A stretch of DNA of 64,000 bases from Octopus vulgaris (Eukaryota), in assembly GCA_951406725.2 (NCBI GenBank), contig OX597816.1, positions 169,136,001 through 169,200,000 of the forward strand. Direction: 5' to 3'. Shown here in pieces: positions 25,278 to 38,625 of the stretch. The position numbers were made by a program, and so were the translations under genes. The notes beneath the pieces were generated by a model that saw only the letters and a program-made list of their open reading frames with translations, was not told the DNA's origin and did no database searches. Each line of letters starts with the position of its first letter. Position 1 is the first letter of the stretch.

Positions 25278-25708
25278 TGCCAGACACGTTAGCGCGCCGG
25301 GCGGAATGCTTCGCGGTATTTCATCTGTCGTTACGTTCTAAGTTCAAATTCCGCCGAAGTCGACTTTGCCTTTCATCCTTTCGGGGTCGATAAATAAAAG
25401 TACCTATTTCTTTATTACCCACAAGGGGCTAAACACAGAGGGGACAAACAAGGACAGACATAGGTATTAAGTCGATTACATCGACCCCAGTGCGTAACTG
25501 GTACTTAATTTATCGACCCCGAAAGGATGAAAGGCAAAGTCGACCTCGGCGGAATTTGAACTCACAACGTAACGCTGACGAAATACCGCTAAGCATTTCG
25601 CCCGGCATGCTAACTTTTCTGCCAGTTTCGCACTGGGGTCGATGTAATCGACTTAATCCCTTTGTTTGTCCTCTCTATGTTTAGCCCCTTGTGGGCAATA
25701 AAGAAATA
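25278..25708. mobile_element. SINE A (+) with an opposite-orientation SINE A inserted at 25405-25626
   Basis: Break at AAGTACC|TATTTC; host resumes CCAGTTTCGCACTGGGG. Confidence 0.9.
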
Positions 25709-25895
25709 TACATTTGAAGAATTAAAATGTTGGCATGGTCTCGGCAATGAGGATTTCGTTCATGTCTCATTGTAGTTGATCAAGATTGACCTGAGGCTAA
25801 TATAAAACAAACCCACCCCAACTCATGTAGCGTTTATAGCTAAGCAGACTGTCGTACCGAAAACTAGTCTGTGGGCCTTACAGCTAGCTACCTTC

Positions 25896-26150
25896 ACTCT
25901 CTGTCTTCTTTTCTATAACGGCCCCTGTTCATTGGAGCTTGCTAATCTCATGCAATCTCAACACAGACATTCTCGACCCGCTCGTTTCACCTTCCCTTAT
26001 CACCCATGTTGTATCCAATCCCGCCTTGCCTCGCACTAATCACTATGCTCAGCTCCTTCTCTCTAGAACGCTGGTTTTCTGGAATTCCCTACTGGCTCAT
26101 GTTTTCCTGCAAGCGTCGTCTTTCAACACTTTCAGCAGAATATAAACAGT
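25896..26150 (+). mobile_element. CR1-group LINE 3' end relic
   Basis: YNGPCSLELANLM...RPARF...HP and PRTNHYAQ..SRTLVFWNSL..VF. Confidence 0.7.
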
Positions 26151-27840
26151 AGCATTCTTATCGGAGGGCCTGCGAAGTTCATGAGCATTGCCTCGTCACC
26201 CAGATACCTCCCCTCTTCGCCAACCCTCACCAAACAAAACAAGACAAAACTGCAACGACAACGACTCATACTTTTATTGGTCTTGAGATGTTTAACTCAA
26301 AACCTGAAGCTACAGTACTAAATGCAGTTATTGACTCATCATTTGCATTTACAATTTATTCGTTACTTAGAAGTTTGGCATATGAAGGGCGGTGGTTAGT
26401 AAAGTAGGTTGAGAGACGGTCAAAAGGTCTGATGGTATTTAGTTACAACTGTTGGTGGTTTGCGTTTCAATCCTGCCAAGTGTCGACTTTACACTTTATC
26501 CGTCCAGAATCAACAAAACAATTATTGGGGGCGTTTAATAGCATACTCAATTGTTTATAATCTGTAGCTCTTTGACAATGTTAGATACTGTCAGTGTAGC
26601 TATATGTACTGTTGAAGCTGAAGAGAACTTCCACATACTTGTTGAATAGTTGTAAATAACCGCCTAATCTATTTCGAATGATACTCTACCGACTTTAAAA
26701 AGAGCGAGGTACATTGGATAAAGCAGTTACGGCCGAAAAAACAAGACGGAATGGTCACGGTTGGAATGTCTGATAAAATGTTAGCTCTATCGCAGGAGAC
26801 CTTATTCTAAACAACAACAATAGCAGAAAAGCGAGAATTAATTAGCAAAGCCCACCAGTCTACAAAATACAAGATATCACTTTATAGCAGCTTTGTACAA
26901 TTAATTGATCAATTTTCTAATATTTAATGATAATTTAGAATTATTTTTCTAAATTATATTTAGAAACACTTTAACTCGTAAATACTTCAGTTCAAAGTTT
27001 TACAAGTTTTAATATTCCATTGCTTTAATGTTTTAACTCCAACACATCGTTACTTAAGTTTTCCTGTATAACATAATTTTCAAATAAATAAATTTCTCTT
27101 GAATTAAAATATAAATAAATGAAAATAAACTTGAATCAAAATAAATGTTTCAAAATAGTTTTATTTTGGTTCAAATTTATTTTAATCTTACGTAAAACGT
27201 AAAAAAAAAGTTAATAATTTGTAAATACTACAATATTCAATGTTAACATTTCCACTAATTAAGATATTTCACGGCGTCGATCTTCAAAAGTTTGGGGAAA
27301 TTTGTCTGCAAAATATCTCGTTCATCTAATTAAATTTCTCTTCATTTAATCTTATATAGAATAACAGAATTGTTTTTTGTACAAAAAACTTTTCAAATAA
27401 CTTTAAAAAACACTTTATCAGGACAAATTGTATGTTCAAATCAGTTATAAATTGCATTTAAATTGCATTTCCTTACAAGATTTCTTTCCTAAATGGGCAA
27501 TGATTTGTTGTGATATTTAAGCATCTCTCAGCTGTCTAAGTCATATAAACGTTCGCTAGTGTGCGGCTGGGTCAATATTTTAGGGTGAGTTTCAAATGTT
27601 TGAACCAGTTAGCCGCCTGCTGTAAAACTATTTTGTTTCTATTTATATGTGCAAGATTAGCTGTGTGGTTAAGAAGCTCGCTTCTCAAACTACGTGGTTT
27701 CAAATCCAATCTCACTGCAGAGCACCACTGTTTTTACTCAATAACTTGAGTAGAATTTGATAGACGAAAAATCTGCTCAAGTCAATCGTGTGTATATGTG
27801 AGTATGTGTGAGTGCATGTATGGTAGGCACATAGCTTTCT

Positions 27841-28448
27841 TATTTCTTTATTTCTTTACTGCCTACAAGGGGATAAACACAGAGGGGACAAACAAGGACA
27901 GACAAACAGATTAAGTCGATTATATCGGCCCCAGTGCGTAACTGGTACTTATTTAATCGACCCCGAAAGGATGAAAGGCAAAGTCGACATCGGCGGAATT
28001 TGAACTCAGAACGTAGCAGCAGACGAAATACCTATTTCTTTACTACCCACAAGGGGCTAAACACAGAGAGGACAAAAAAAGGACAGACAAACGGATTAAG
28101 TCGATTATATCGACGCCAGTGCGTAACTGGTACGTATTTAATCGACCCCGAAAGGATGAAAGGCAAAGTTGACATCGGCGGAATTTGAACTCAGAACGTA
28201 ACGGCAGACGAAATATCTATTTCTTTACTACCCACAAGGGGCTAAACACAGAGAGGACAAACAAGGACAGACAAACGGATTAAGTCGATTATATCGACGC
28301 CAGTGCGTAACTGGTACGTATTTAATCGATCCCGAAAGGCTGAAAGGCAAAGTCGACCTCGGCGAAATTTGAACTCAGTACGTAGCAGCAGACAAACTAC
28401 TGCTAAGCATTTCGCCCGGCGTGCTAACGTTTCTGGCAGCTCGCCGCC
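27841..28448 (-). mobile_element. SINE A trimer flanked by one 13-bp TSD
   Basis: CACATAGCTTTCT at 27828-27840 and 28453-28465. Confidence 0.93.
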
Positions 28449-29270
28449 CTTACACATAGCTTTCTAGTTAGGGTATTATACTGACGTTCATACGATTGAG
28501 TGTTCGATTTCTGCATCTGTCGCACGTTGTGTCTATGAACAAGGCACTTAATTTCACGTTGCTCCAATCTATTTAGCAAAACTGAGTATCAACCGAATGC
28601 TGGAATTTCCTCCCACTGTTACAACCTGAACGTTCCTTGGGGTAAGGGTGAGGCAATCATGAGGGTGTCTATCTTTGTTTGCGACTACATAGGCACCTAA
28701 AGCAATTAGCAAAAGTATGGTACATGCTATTAAGTCGTATTCACTTTTGAATATGGCTTGGTGTAGTATTTATTAGTAGTTTGCGTGTATTTAAGTTTGC
28801 ACGGGTCTAAAAGCTGACATAATTTATGGTTTTTGTCGTTATATTCCATAACTTAATGGTTCCACAAATAAGTTTCGATAAAATAAATTCCTGATTGAAA
28901 TGTCAATATTCTCGATTAATCTCTTGAAAGTGGTGCTGAAGTAAGACGGTAGACCAATGACTAAAAACAGCAAAAGAATAAAAGAATAGCGAATGGTGAA
29001 TTGATAACGAGTTTCAGAAGCTACTGAAACGCAGATCAACAAGAAAGTCTTTATGTAGTCATTGGGCCTACTGACGATTTCAGACATACCGCTTTCAAAT
29101 CACACCGCATTGCAATGTGCAGTCTTAGATTATGTCTAAATAAAGACAGTATGGTCAAAGTTGGAATCCTATGGATCACAGGTGTGTTCAGCCAGGACTG
29201 AGCTGGCGCTAAACAAGAACAACAAGAACAAGAACCAGGAGATCGACAATAGCGACAACCACAGCAGCAA

Positions 29271-29760
29271 GTGGAGGTGCAATGGCCCAGTGGTTAGGGC
29301 AGCGGACTCGCGGTCGTAAGAACGCGGTTTCGATTCCCAAACCGGGCTTTGTGAGTTTTTATTGAGCAAAAACACCTAAGCTCCACGAGGCTCCGACGGT
29401 GGGGTGGGTGAACCCCACTGTACTCTTTCACCACAACTTTCTCTCACTCCTTCTTCCTACTTCTACCACGAAGCAGAGGAACCATGGTGTAACCCACTAT
29501 GGTGTGGAAAATCTCCAGACCCTAGTCTAGATTGCGAATCCTCTGTACCCCAGGATTGCTTAGCTCTCCACCCGTTAAAAGCCACCGTTTACGGAATGAG
29601 GATAACAACGTAGCTTTCGCGCCCGTGCAACCGCCAGTCTATCGCGTGTGGTAGGTGGATCTTCAAGTTGCCACACGCATTCTTTGTAGCTTAGAGTAGG
29701 CTCGAATTAGAGATTATTCTTTGTGGTTAATGGCGTGAGTCCTGATGGAAGAAGAAGAAG
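29271..29760 (+). mobile_element. SINE with family-C head and a different 3' half, (GAA)n tail
   Basis: 13-bp TSD ACCACAGCAGCAA at 29258-29270 and 29761-29773. Confidence 0.9.
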
Positions 29761-29904
29761 ACCACAGCAGCAAAGTTGAGAATTAAGAGTGTCCTGTCAG
29801 ATCACAACTTAGTAGTTAACAAGATAGTTTTTCTACTTCTCAGTCAATCTGTAGTAAATGCCAATCTAACTCAGTCACCTCAACTGTCACCATAGTTAAA
29901 TATT

Positions 29905-30423
29905 GATTTCAAGTTTTGGCCCAAGGCCATTAATTTCGGGGGAAGGATAAGCCGATTAGATCGATCCCAGTGCTCGACTGGTACTTATTTTATCGACTAC
30001 GTAACGATGAAAGGTAAAGTCTACCTTGGAAATTGAATTGACAACGTAAAGACGGGCGAAATGTCGGTAAGCATTTTGCCCTGTGTGCTAACGAGTTTAT
30101 CAGCTCACCGCCTTAAAGCATGGTTAAATATTAAAACCTAAACCAGCAACAAAACTACACATACATTTTCTGATGTTTAGTGGTTTCTTTTCATTTAAAA
30201 ATATATATTTCTTTACTACCTACCAGGGGCTAGACACAGAGAGGACAAACAAGGACAGACAAACGGATTAAGTCGATAACATCGACCCCAGTGCGTGACT
30301 GGTACTTATTTAATCGACCCCGAAAGGATGAAAGGCAAAGTCGACCTCGGCGGAATTTGAACTCAGAACGTAACGGCAGACGAAATACGGCTACGCATTT
30401 CGCCCGGCGTGCTAACGTTTCTG
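29905..30423 (-). mobile_element. Two SINE A copies (type 2 at 29905-30113, type 1 at 30205-30423)
   Basis: Shared core. Confidence 0.85.
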
Positions 30424-30873
30424 ATATGAATAGCATATTTAATTGCAGAGACACTATACTCACAATTTTTTTCCTTTTTTCTTCCTTTTGTATTCCTCAT
30501 TCATACACACACAAGCACATATAATGCCTATATACATGTATATGTATGTGTACATATATATAAAATGCACCAAAAAAGTTAGGGGTTGTGGGTTCAACCC
30601 ACTAAGGGATAATATTTATCCAATATACTGTTGGTATAATACCCAATTATTAATGCACAAGTGTTTTTAATTGCATTGCTTGTATTTTAATTGCACTGTT
30701 TGTATTCTTATTTTATATGCATAGAATAATATACTATATGTATGTATGTTATTATGGTTGTCGTTTTGATAAATAAGTCAACATTTTAATGTCCTAAAGT
30801 TGATGAACGAACTGTGCTTCTCCATTTTCTTATTTGCTATATATAAAATGCATATACCTATCTAAGTATCATT

Positions 30874-30889
30874 CTCTCTCTCTCTCTCC

Positions 30890-30952
<63 letters not shown>

Positions 30953-30956
30953 AAAT

Positions 30957-31027
<71 letters not shown>

Positions 31028-31090
31028 CACACACACACACACACATATATATATTTATATAAAATTATATATATATATATATATATATAT
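30874..31090. repeat. (CT)n, (TA)n and (CA)n microsatellites
   Basis: Directly visible. Confidence 0.95.
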
Positions 31091-31394
31091 CGTGTGCGCG
31101 CGTCTGTGTGCATATGTATGTATATGTGTGTATGTATTCGAAGATGTTAATGATGTAATGAAGGGTTAAAAATCGCTTTTCCATGACAAAATATGGTGCC
31201 TCATTCGTAGTTGTTATTAAACCAGAGAAAACTTATTTTCAATTAGCTGTAGTGGAAAAAGGTTATTTGCCAATAAAATTGCCAGACATCATTTGTTTTC
31301 ATCTTATGTGATCAATCTAGTTGACAACATTTTATACAAGATTAATTACTCCTTTTAAACATGAAGCTTATCTTTTTCTATTCCTCTAAATTTG

Positions 31395-31446
<52 letters not shown>

Positions 31447-32068
31447 TGCGTGTGTGTGTGTTTGGTTATAGTGAAAATAGATTTAGAGGTGTAGAAAAAG
31501 AGTTGATCAGAAATGGCAAAATTTTTGCTGTTCTAATATATCATTACTGTCATGTTGAATTAATACTGTATGAAAAAAGGGCCTTTATCTTATGAAGTTG
31601 GACTTCAGCAAACAAATTCACAGAGCAAATAGATATAAGTTCAGGAGATGAGATTCGGTAACGTTGGTGAATTTTTTTATGACCATAGATGTGTAGGAAA
31701 AGGGAAACAGTTTCTACCAGCAATAAAAAAAGAAAAAGAAAAAAAATAGAATGCTGGAGGCTGTCTTTGTACTTAACGATTTTCGGTACATTCATTTCAT
31801 GGATATATTTTTAAAACTTTTATTTTATTTGGGACTTCGAGAGTAAAGGGCCTCTATGCGTAAATGATGGAAATGAGATTGAACGAAGTAAACATCGCGT
31901 TTCCAAATACATTAGACACGTAAATAAAATAGCTTGAGGTCAGATCCTAGACTCAGGCTTCTGGAACATTACCCACTCTACTACAACGTTTCTTTCACAT
32001 ATTGGTTTCTCTGTCGCTAGATACAAATTTCTTATATTCCATATACAAGTGAATATTTATTGTACATA

Positions 32069-32233
32069 GGCGCAGGAGTGGCTGTGTGGTAAGTAGCTTG
32101 CTAACCAACCACATGGCTCCGGGTTCAGTCCCACTGCGTGGCATCTTGGGCAAGTATCTTCTGCTATAGCCCCGGGCCGACCAATGCCTTGTGAGTGGAT
32201 TTGGTAGACGGAAACTGAAAGAAGCCTGTCGTA

Positions 32234-32299
<66 letters not shown>

Positions 32300-32510
32300 G
32301 TGTATGTTTGTGTGTGCCTGTGTTTGTCCCCCGAGCATGGCTTGACAACCGATGCTGGTATGTTTACGTCCCCGTAACTTAGCGGTTCGGCAAAAGAGAC
32401 CGATAGAATAAGTACTGGGTTTACAAAGAATAAGTCCCGGGGTCGATTTGCTCGACTAAAGGCGGTGCTCCAGCATGGCCGCAGTCAAATGACTGAAACA
32501 AGTAAAAGAG
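32069..32510 (+). mobile_element. Full-length SINE B
   Basis: GGCGCAGGAGTGGCTGTGTGG head, GGTTCAGTCCC B box, internal (TA)n, tail GAAACAAGTAAAAGAG. Confidence 0.93.
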
Positions 32511-32677
32511 TATATATTTACATACAATTATTATACATATGTTCAGAGCAACAGATATAAATATAACAGCATTTAATTTTGTCTCTTTACATGTTCAGAG
32601 TTCAAATTCCACTAAGAATAATTTTTTGTTCTTCGTCCTTCCTGGAGCAACGTGAATTTATTGTGGTAAGCTAGTTT

Positions 32678-33450
32678 CTTTTACTTTTACTTATTTCAGT
32701 CATTAGACTACGGCCATGCTGGGGCATCACCTTGAATAATTTTTAGTAGAATGGACCAACCACGGTGCTTTTTTTAAAACCTGGTACTTATTCTATTGAT
32801 TTCTTTCATCGAACCACTAAGGAACGGGGACGTAAACACGTCGGTTGTCAAGCGGTGGTGAGGAACGCACACACACAAATATTTATATACGACGGGCTTC
32901 TTACAATCTCCATCTACCAAATCCACTCACAATGCTTTGGTCGACCAGAGGCTCTAATAGAAGACACCTGCCCATTGTGCCACGGAGTGGGACTGAACCC
33001 GGAGTCCTATGGTTGGGAAGTAAGCTTCTTACCGTGGAGGCACAATGGCCCAGTGGTTAGGGCAGCGGACTCACGGTCATAGGAACGCGGTTTCGATTCC
33101 CAGACCAGGCCTTGTGAGTGTTTATTGAGCGAAAACACCTAAAAGCTCCACGAGGCTCCGGAAGGGGATGGTAGTGATCCCTGCTGTACTCTTTCACCAC
33201 AACTTTCTCTCACTCTTACTTCCTGTTTCTGTTGTACCTGTATTTCAAGGGGCCGGCCTTGTCACTCTCTGTGTCACGCTGAATATCCCCGAGAACTACG
33301 GTAAGGGTACACGTGTCTGTGGAGTGCTCAGCCACTTGCACGTTAATTTCACGAGCAGGCTGTTCCGTTGATTCGGATCAACCGGAACCCTCGTCGTCGT
33401 AACCGACGGAGTGAAGAAAGAAAAAAAAGCTTCTTACCACACAACCACAT
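32678..33450 (-). mobile_element. Older SINE B interrupted by SINE C
   Basis: Host head split by the insertion. Confidence 0.82.
33034..33426 (+). mobile_element. SINE C inserted in a SINE B head
   Basis: 12-bp TSD AAGCTTCTTACC at 33022-33033 and 33427-33438. Confidence 0.93.
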
Positions 33451-33690
33451 TGATTTTTCTTATCATTTAAAGCCTCCTCGAAAGATATGTTGCCATATGG
33501 CGATGTGGGAAAACATATTCGCGCGTCACATAACTAAAATTTACAATGTGTTCTGCTTTAAACTTAACTAGCGTCATCAGAGGTTCTTGGTTATGTCTGG
33601 GATGTGTCCGGCTACTGTATCAAAGTAGCAGGAGACAAAAAAATGTAATCTGAGGGTTAATTAGCTACTATATATGACTTGTATATTGAA

Positions 33691-33921
33691 GGCGGTGAGC
33701 TGGCAGAAACGTTAGCACGCCGGGCGAAATGCTTGGCGGTATTTCGTCTGCCGGTACGCTCTGAGTTCAAATTCCGCCGAGGTCGACTTTGCCTTTCATC
33801 CTTTCGGGGTCGATAAATAAAGTACCAGTTACGCACTGGGGTCGATGTAATCGACTTAATCCCTTTGTCTGTCCTTGTTTGTCCCCTCTATGTTTAGCCC
33901 CTTGTGGGCAGTAAAGAAATA
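33691..33921 (+). mobile_element. Full-length SINE A (type 1)
   Basis: TSD-like TATATGACTTGT on both sides. Confidence 0.93.
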
Positions 33922-34119
33922 TATATATGACTTGTCTATCCTGTTGGGTGCTGCATAAACACAAACAAGAGAGTAAAATGTGCTTTGAGGAAATCTGGCC
34001 GTTATTTCTGTCATTTTGTGATACTGTTTGGAGGCTTCCATATTGGTTCATCCTCTCACTCTCTCCTTCCCAAACACGCACACACACACACAACATAAAA
34101 GAGAGTGGTTTCAGAGTGA

Positions 34120-34436
34120 TTCTCTTCTCTTCTGCCTTTAACCCTCCAACGCGGAGTATAGGCCACTTATAATTGAATTCCATGTCGCATAATTTTTCGC
34201 TTCTGTACTAATACTCTGCCATGAATGTCCCCCTTTCTCTAGTTCCTTTTGTGTTGATCTACGCCACGAGTTCTTAGGTCTACCTCTCTTTCTATATCCA
34301 ACCGGTTTCCACTTTAAAGCACTTTTCGCTACATTTGGTGTGTCTTTTCTAATTGTGCTACCAATCCACTTCCACTTTTTCTTAAATATTAGCTCCCTAA
34401 TCGAAACTTGATTTGTTCTTTGCCATAGCTCCATAT
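34120..34436 (-). mobile_element. RTE-clade LINE 3' end (5'-truncated)
   Basis: ELWQRTNQ..KKKWKWIG..RK...AKSALKWKPVGYRKRGRPKNSWRR...W; GAA-rich tail. Confidence 0.85.
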
Positions 34437-34481
34437 TGCTTGTGTTGGGGCCATCTAATGTTAAGTATACTACGCAAGCAT

Positions 34482-34893
34482 CTCTCTCTTTCTCTCTCTT
34501 TTACTTGTTTCAGTCATTTGACTGCGGCCATGCTGGGGCACCGCCTTTAATCGAGCAACTCGACCACGGGACTTATTCTTTTTGTAAGCCCAGTACTTAT
34601 TCTATCGGTCTCTTTTGCCGAACCGCTAAGTAACGGGGACATAAACACACCAGCATCGATTGTCAAGCAATGCTAGGGGGACAAACAAAGACACACAAAC
34701 ACACATACATATATATATATACATATATACGACAGGCTTCTTTCAGTTTCCGTCTACCAAATCCACTCACAAGGCATTGGTCGGCCTGGGGCTATAGCAG
34801 AAGACACTTGCCCAAGATGCCACGCAGTGGGGACTGAACCCGGAACCATGTGGTTGGTAAACAAGCTGCTTACCACACAGCCACTCCTGCGCC
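34482..34893 (-). mobile_element. Full-length SINE B
   Basis: Near-identical to other B copies. Confidence 0.93.
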
Positions 34894-35651
34894 TATTCAT
34901 CTGTTGATGAATGATTGTATTTGCTTATTTGACTTAACTGTTGTTCGCCATGTCTCAGCCCCATTTTTAGTGTTAAAAATTCTTATTTTGTTCTTTATTG
35001 AAATTACACTTGCGCTCCATACTTTTTTAACAGGTGAAAAGCGGTCCTTGCCTTACTTATGTTTCAGAACATACATAAAATAGTTTAAGGTGCTTTCTGG
35101 AAGATATGGATGTTTTCCCAACAATGTGTATCTGCTATGAAGAAATTACAACGGTTAGTTCAATCATGCATGTAAATATACATAAGACTTGTTGTTTGAG
35201 AGGATTAGGCAGTTATTTCTAAGAGGTCGAGATACATTATAAATGCATCTCTGCTGATTTTCTCTGTCTGTCTATCTATCTATCTGTCTCTCCCGCTTCA
35301 TCCTCTTCTCTCTCTCTCTCTCTCTCGAACACACACAAATTCATACATAAGACAGTGTGGTTTGAGAAATAACTAGCTGTTATTTCTAGCACGTTTAGCT
35401 GTTTCGTAATTGCTATTGGCTCAAGCACAAATAACTACATGCATATGACACTGGGTTGTCATACGTTTGTAGCCATGTATAGATATTCTTTCAATGGCTC
35501 ATACATACACATCTTCATAGAGAAGACAGTAAGTAATTCAGCTAATATTTATTGGAGGTAGTTGCTATCACACTGAGAACTGTCTTGTTGCTTCATACAT
35601 ATAGACATACCTAAGGCAATAGGAAGAGACCGTTGTTGAATAGTTTGCAAA

Positions 35652-36008
<357 letters not shown>

Positions 36009-36318
36009 CAGTCACTTGTCATAGAAAACATTCTTCTGCTGTCAATTAAAGTGTCTATTTTGCTCATGTAAACGTCTATGTCATATTGTGAACATATTTT
36101 GACTTATCTGCTTTTACTGATGGTGTTTGTGAGTATAAAAAGAGAAGCACAGAGTTATATTATTATATCGAAGACTTCCATTAGACTGACACTTTTAGTC
36201 TTCACAAAATCTATGCAAAAAAGTTATTCTCGGTATTTACATATTGTCATCTCTTAGCAGTCTATATTTAGAAACATAATTTTAATCAAAGCTATTTGTT
36301 AATAATTCTGTATTTAAA

Positions 36319-37124
36319 GACGGTAAGCTGGCAGAAACGTTAGCACGCCGAGTGAAATGCCTAGTGGTATTTCGTCTGCCGTTATGTTCTGAGTTCAAAT
36401 TCCGCCGAGGTCGACTTTGCCTTTCATCCTTTCGGGGTCGATAAATTAAGTACCAATTACGCACTGGGATCGATATAATCGACTTAATCCGTTTGTCTGT
36501 CCTTGTTTGTCCTCTCTGTGTTTAGCCCCTTGTGGGTAGTAAAGAAATAAAAATAGGTATTTCGTCTGTCTTTACGTACTGAGTTCAAATTCCGCCGAGG
36601 TCGACTTTGCCTTTCATCCTTTCAGGGTCGATAAATTAAGTACCAGTTACGCACTGGGGTCGATATAATCGACTTAATCCGTTTGTCTGTCTTTGTTTTT
36701 TCCTCTCTGTGTTTGATCCCTTGTGGGTAGTAAAGAAATAGGTATTTCGTCTGCCGTTACGTTCTGAGTTCAAATTCCACCGAGGTCGACTTTGCCTTTC
36801 ATCCTCTTGAGGATGCGTACTGTGGTCGATCTAATCAAAATTTTTGGTCCCTCCCCCAAAATTTTGGGCCTTGTGTCTAGAGAAGAAAAAAAAAATTCTC
36901 TATTTAATGGTGGCGAGATGGCAGAAACGTTAGCACGCCGAGCAAAATGCTTCTCGGCAATTCCTTCCGTCCGTTTCCACGTTTGGAGTTCAAACACCGT
37001 TGAGGTCGACTTTACCGTTCATATTTTCGAGGTCGATAAAATAAATAGCAGTCGAGAACTGGATCGATGCAATCGTCTTATCACCTACCCCGAAATTGCT
37101 GGCCTTGTACCAAAATTTGAAATC
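36319..37124 (+). mobile_element. SINE A multimer (36319-36890) followed by a type-2 copy (36909-37124)
   Basis: Bodies restart at GGTATTTCGTCTG after each tail; target AATAATTCTGTATTTAAA repeated at the flanks. Confidence 0.9.
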
Positions 37125-37390
37125 AATAATTCTGTATTTAAATTCCTTTGTCTTGTGCTATTTTACCGTTTCTATTATTGTTGCTGATGCTTTGTTGTTT
37201 TACCCAAATCAGTTCTGATCGAGTTGATCTTAACCATTTAAAAGGTCTTCCAGCCGTGACAGTCACATTTGTTTTTACTTAAGACTACGTTGCATTGTGT
37301 AACGTGTTCGGTATTACTCAAGTCCGTAGAATTTGATTTGAGGGGTCACTCAAGAACATTTCCTGTCTATTTATGTCTATATAATATCTA

Positions 37391-37795
37391 GGCGTAGGAG
37401 TGGTAAGTAGCTTGCTTACCAACCACATGGTTCCGGGTTCAGTTCCACTGCGTGGCACTTTCAGCAAGTGTCTTCTACTATTGGCTCGGGCCGACCAAAG
37501 CCTTGTGAGTGGATTTGGTAGACGGAAACTGAAAGAAACCCGTTGTATATATGTATATATATATATTTATGTGTGTGAATATGTTTGTGTGTGTCTGTGT
37601 TTGTCCTCCTAAGATCGCTTGACAACCGATGCTGGTGTGTTTACGTCCCCGTCACTTAGCGGTTCGGCAAAAGAGACCGAATAAGTACTAGGCGTACAAA
37701 GAATAAGTCCCGGGGTTGATTTGCTCGACTAAAGGCGGTGCACCAGCATGGCCACAGTCAAATGACTGAAACAAGTAAAAGAGTAAAATAAAAGA
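37391..37795 (+). mobile_element. SINE B
   Basis: Family match. Confidence 0.92.
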
Positions 37796-38116
37796 GCTGT
37801 CTCTTTTCTACTAATCCAGCGTGTTTTTGTGAGAAAGACAGAGAGAGGAGGAGGAGAGAAAGAGGGAGAGAGAAAGAGAGAGAGAGAAAGGGAGAGTAGG
37901 AGAGAGAGAAAGCGATCGATCGATAGATAGATTAATAAATAATTAGATAGACAGACTGAGGAACGAACATGTTTTGATTCCACGTTAATGTCATTTCAAG
38001 TCCTTCGCTTACTCACACAGCCACTCTTTTCCCGACTTACTGCCTTTTCTACATTCTGTCAATAAAATTCCTGTACACTTTTCTATCTTTCTCCATCCAC
38101 CTTCTTGATAGATCTA

Positions 38117-38359
38117 TCTTTTACTTGTTTCAGACATTAGACTGCGGCCATGCTGGGGTACTCTTTGAAGAACTTTTAGTCGAATGAACCAATCCCAATA
38201 CTTAATATTTTTTTTTTGTTTTAAGCCTCGTACATGGTGCTTACTCTATCGGTTTATATTGACGAGCCGCTAAAATACGGGGATGTAAACACACTAACAC
38301 CGGTTGTCAAGCAGTGGTAGGGGACAAATGCAAACACACATTCACACACACACACTCAC

Positions 38360-38410
<51 letters not shown>

Positions 38411-38578
38411 AGTATATACGACGGGCTTCTTTCAGTTTCTGTCTACCAAATCCACTCACAAGGCTTTGGTCGGTCTGAGGCTAAAGTAGAAGACACTTGC
38501 CCAAGGTATCATGCAGTGGGACTGAACCCGAAACCATGTGGTTGGGAAGCAAGCTTGTTACCACATAGCTACGCCCCT
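38117..38578 (-). mobile_element. SINE B (older)
   Basis: Family match with internal (CA)n. Confidence 0.88.
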
Positions 38579-38625
38579 GTGTATTTTGATGATTCCATTA
38601 CTATTTTTCAAATTAAATGTTATAT

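Noticed and set aside
27841-28448. Regular ~185-bp repeats as a CRISPR or satellite array
   Set aside because: Units are whole SINE bodies without unique spacers
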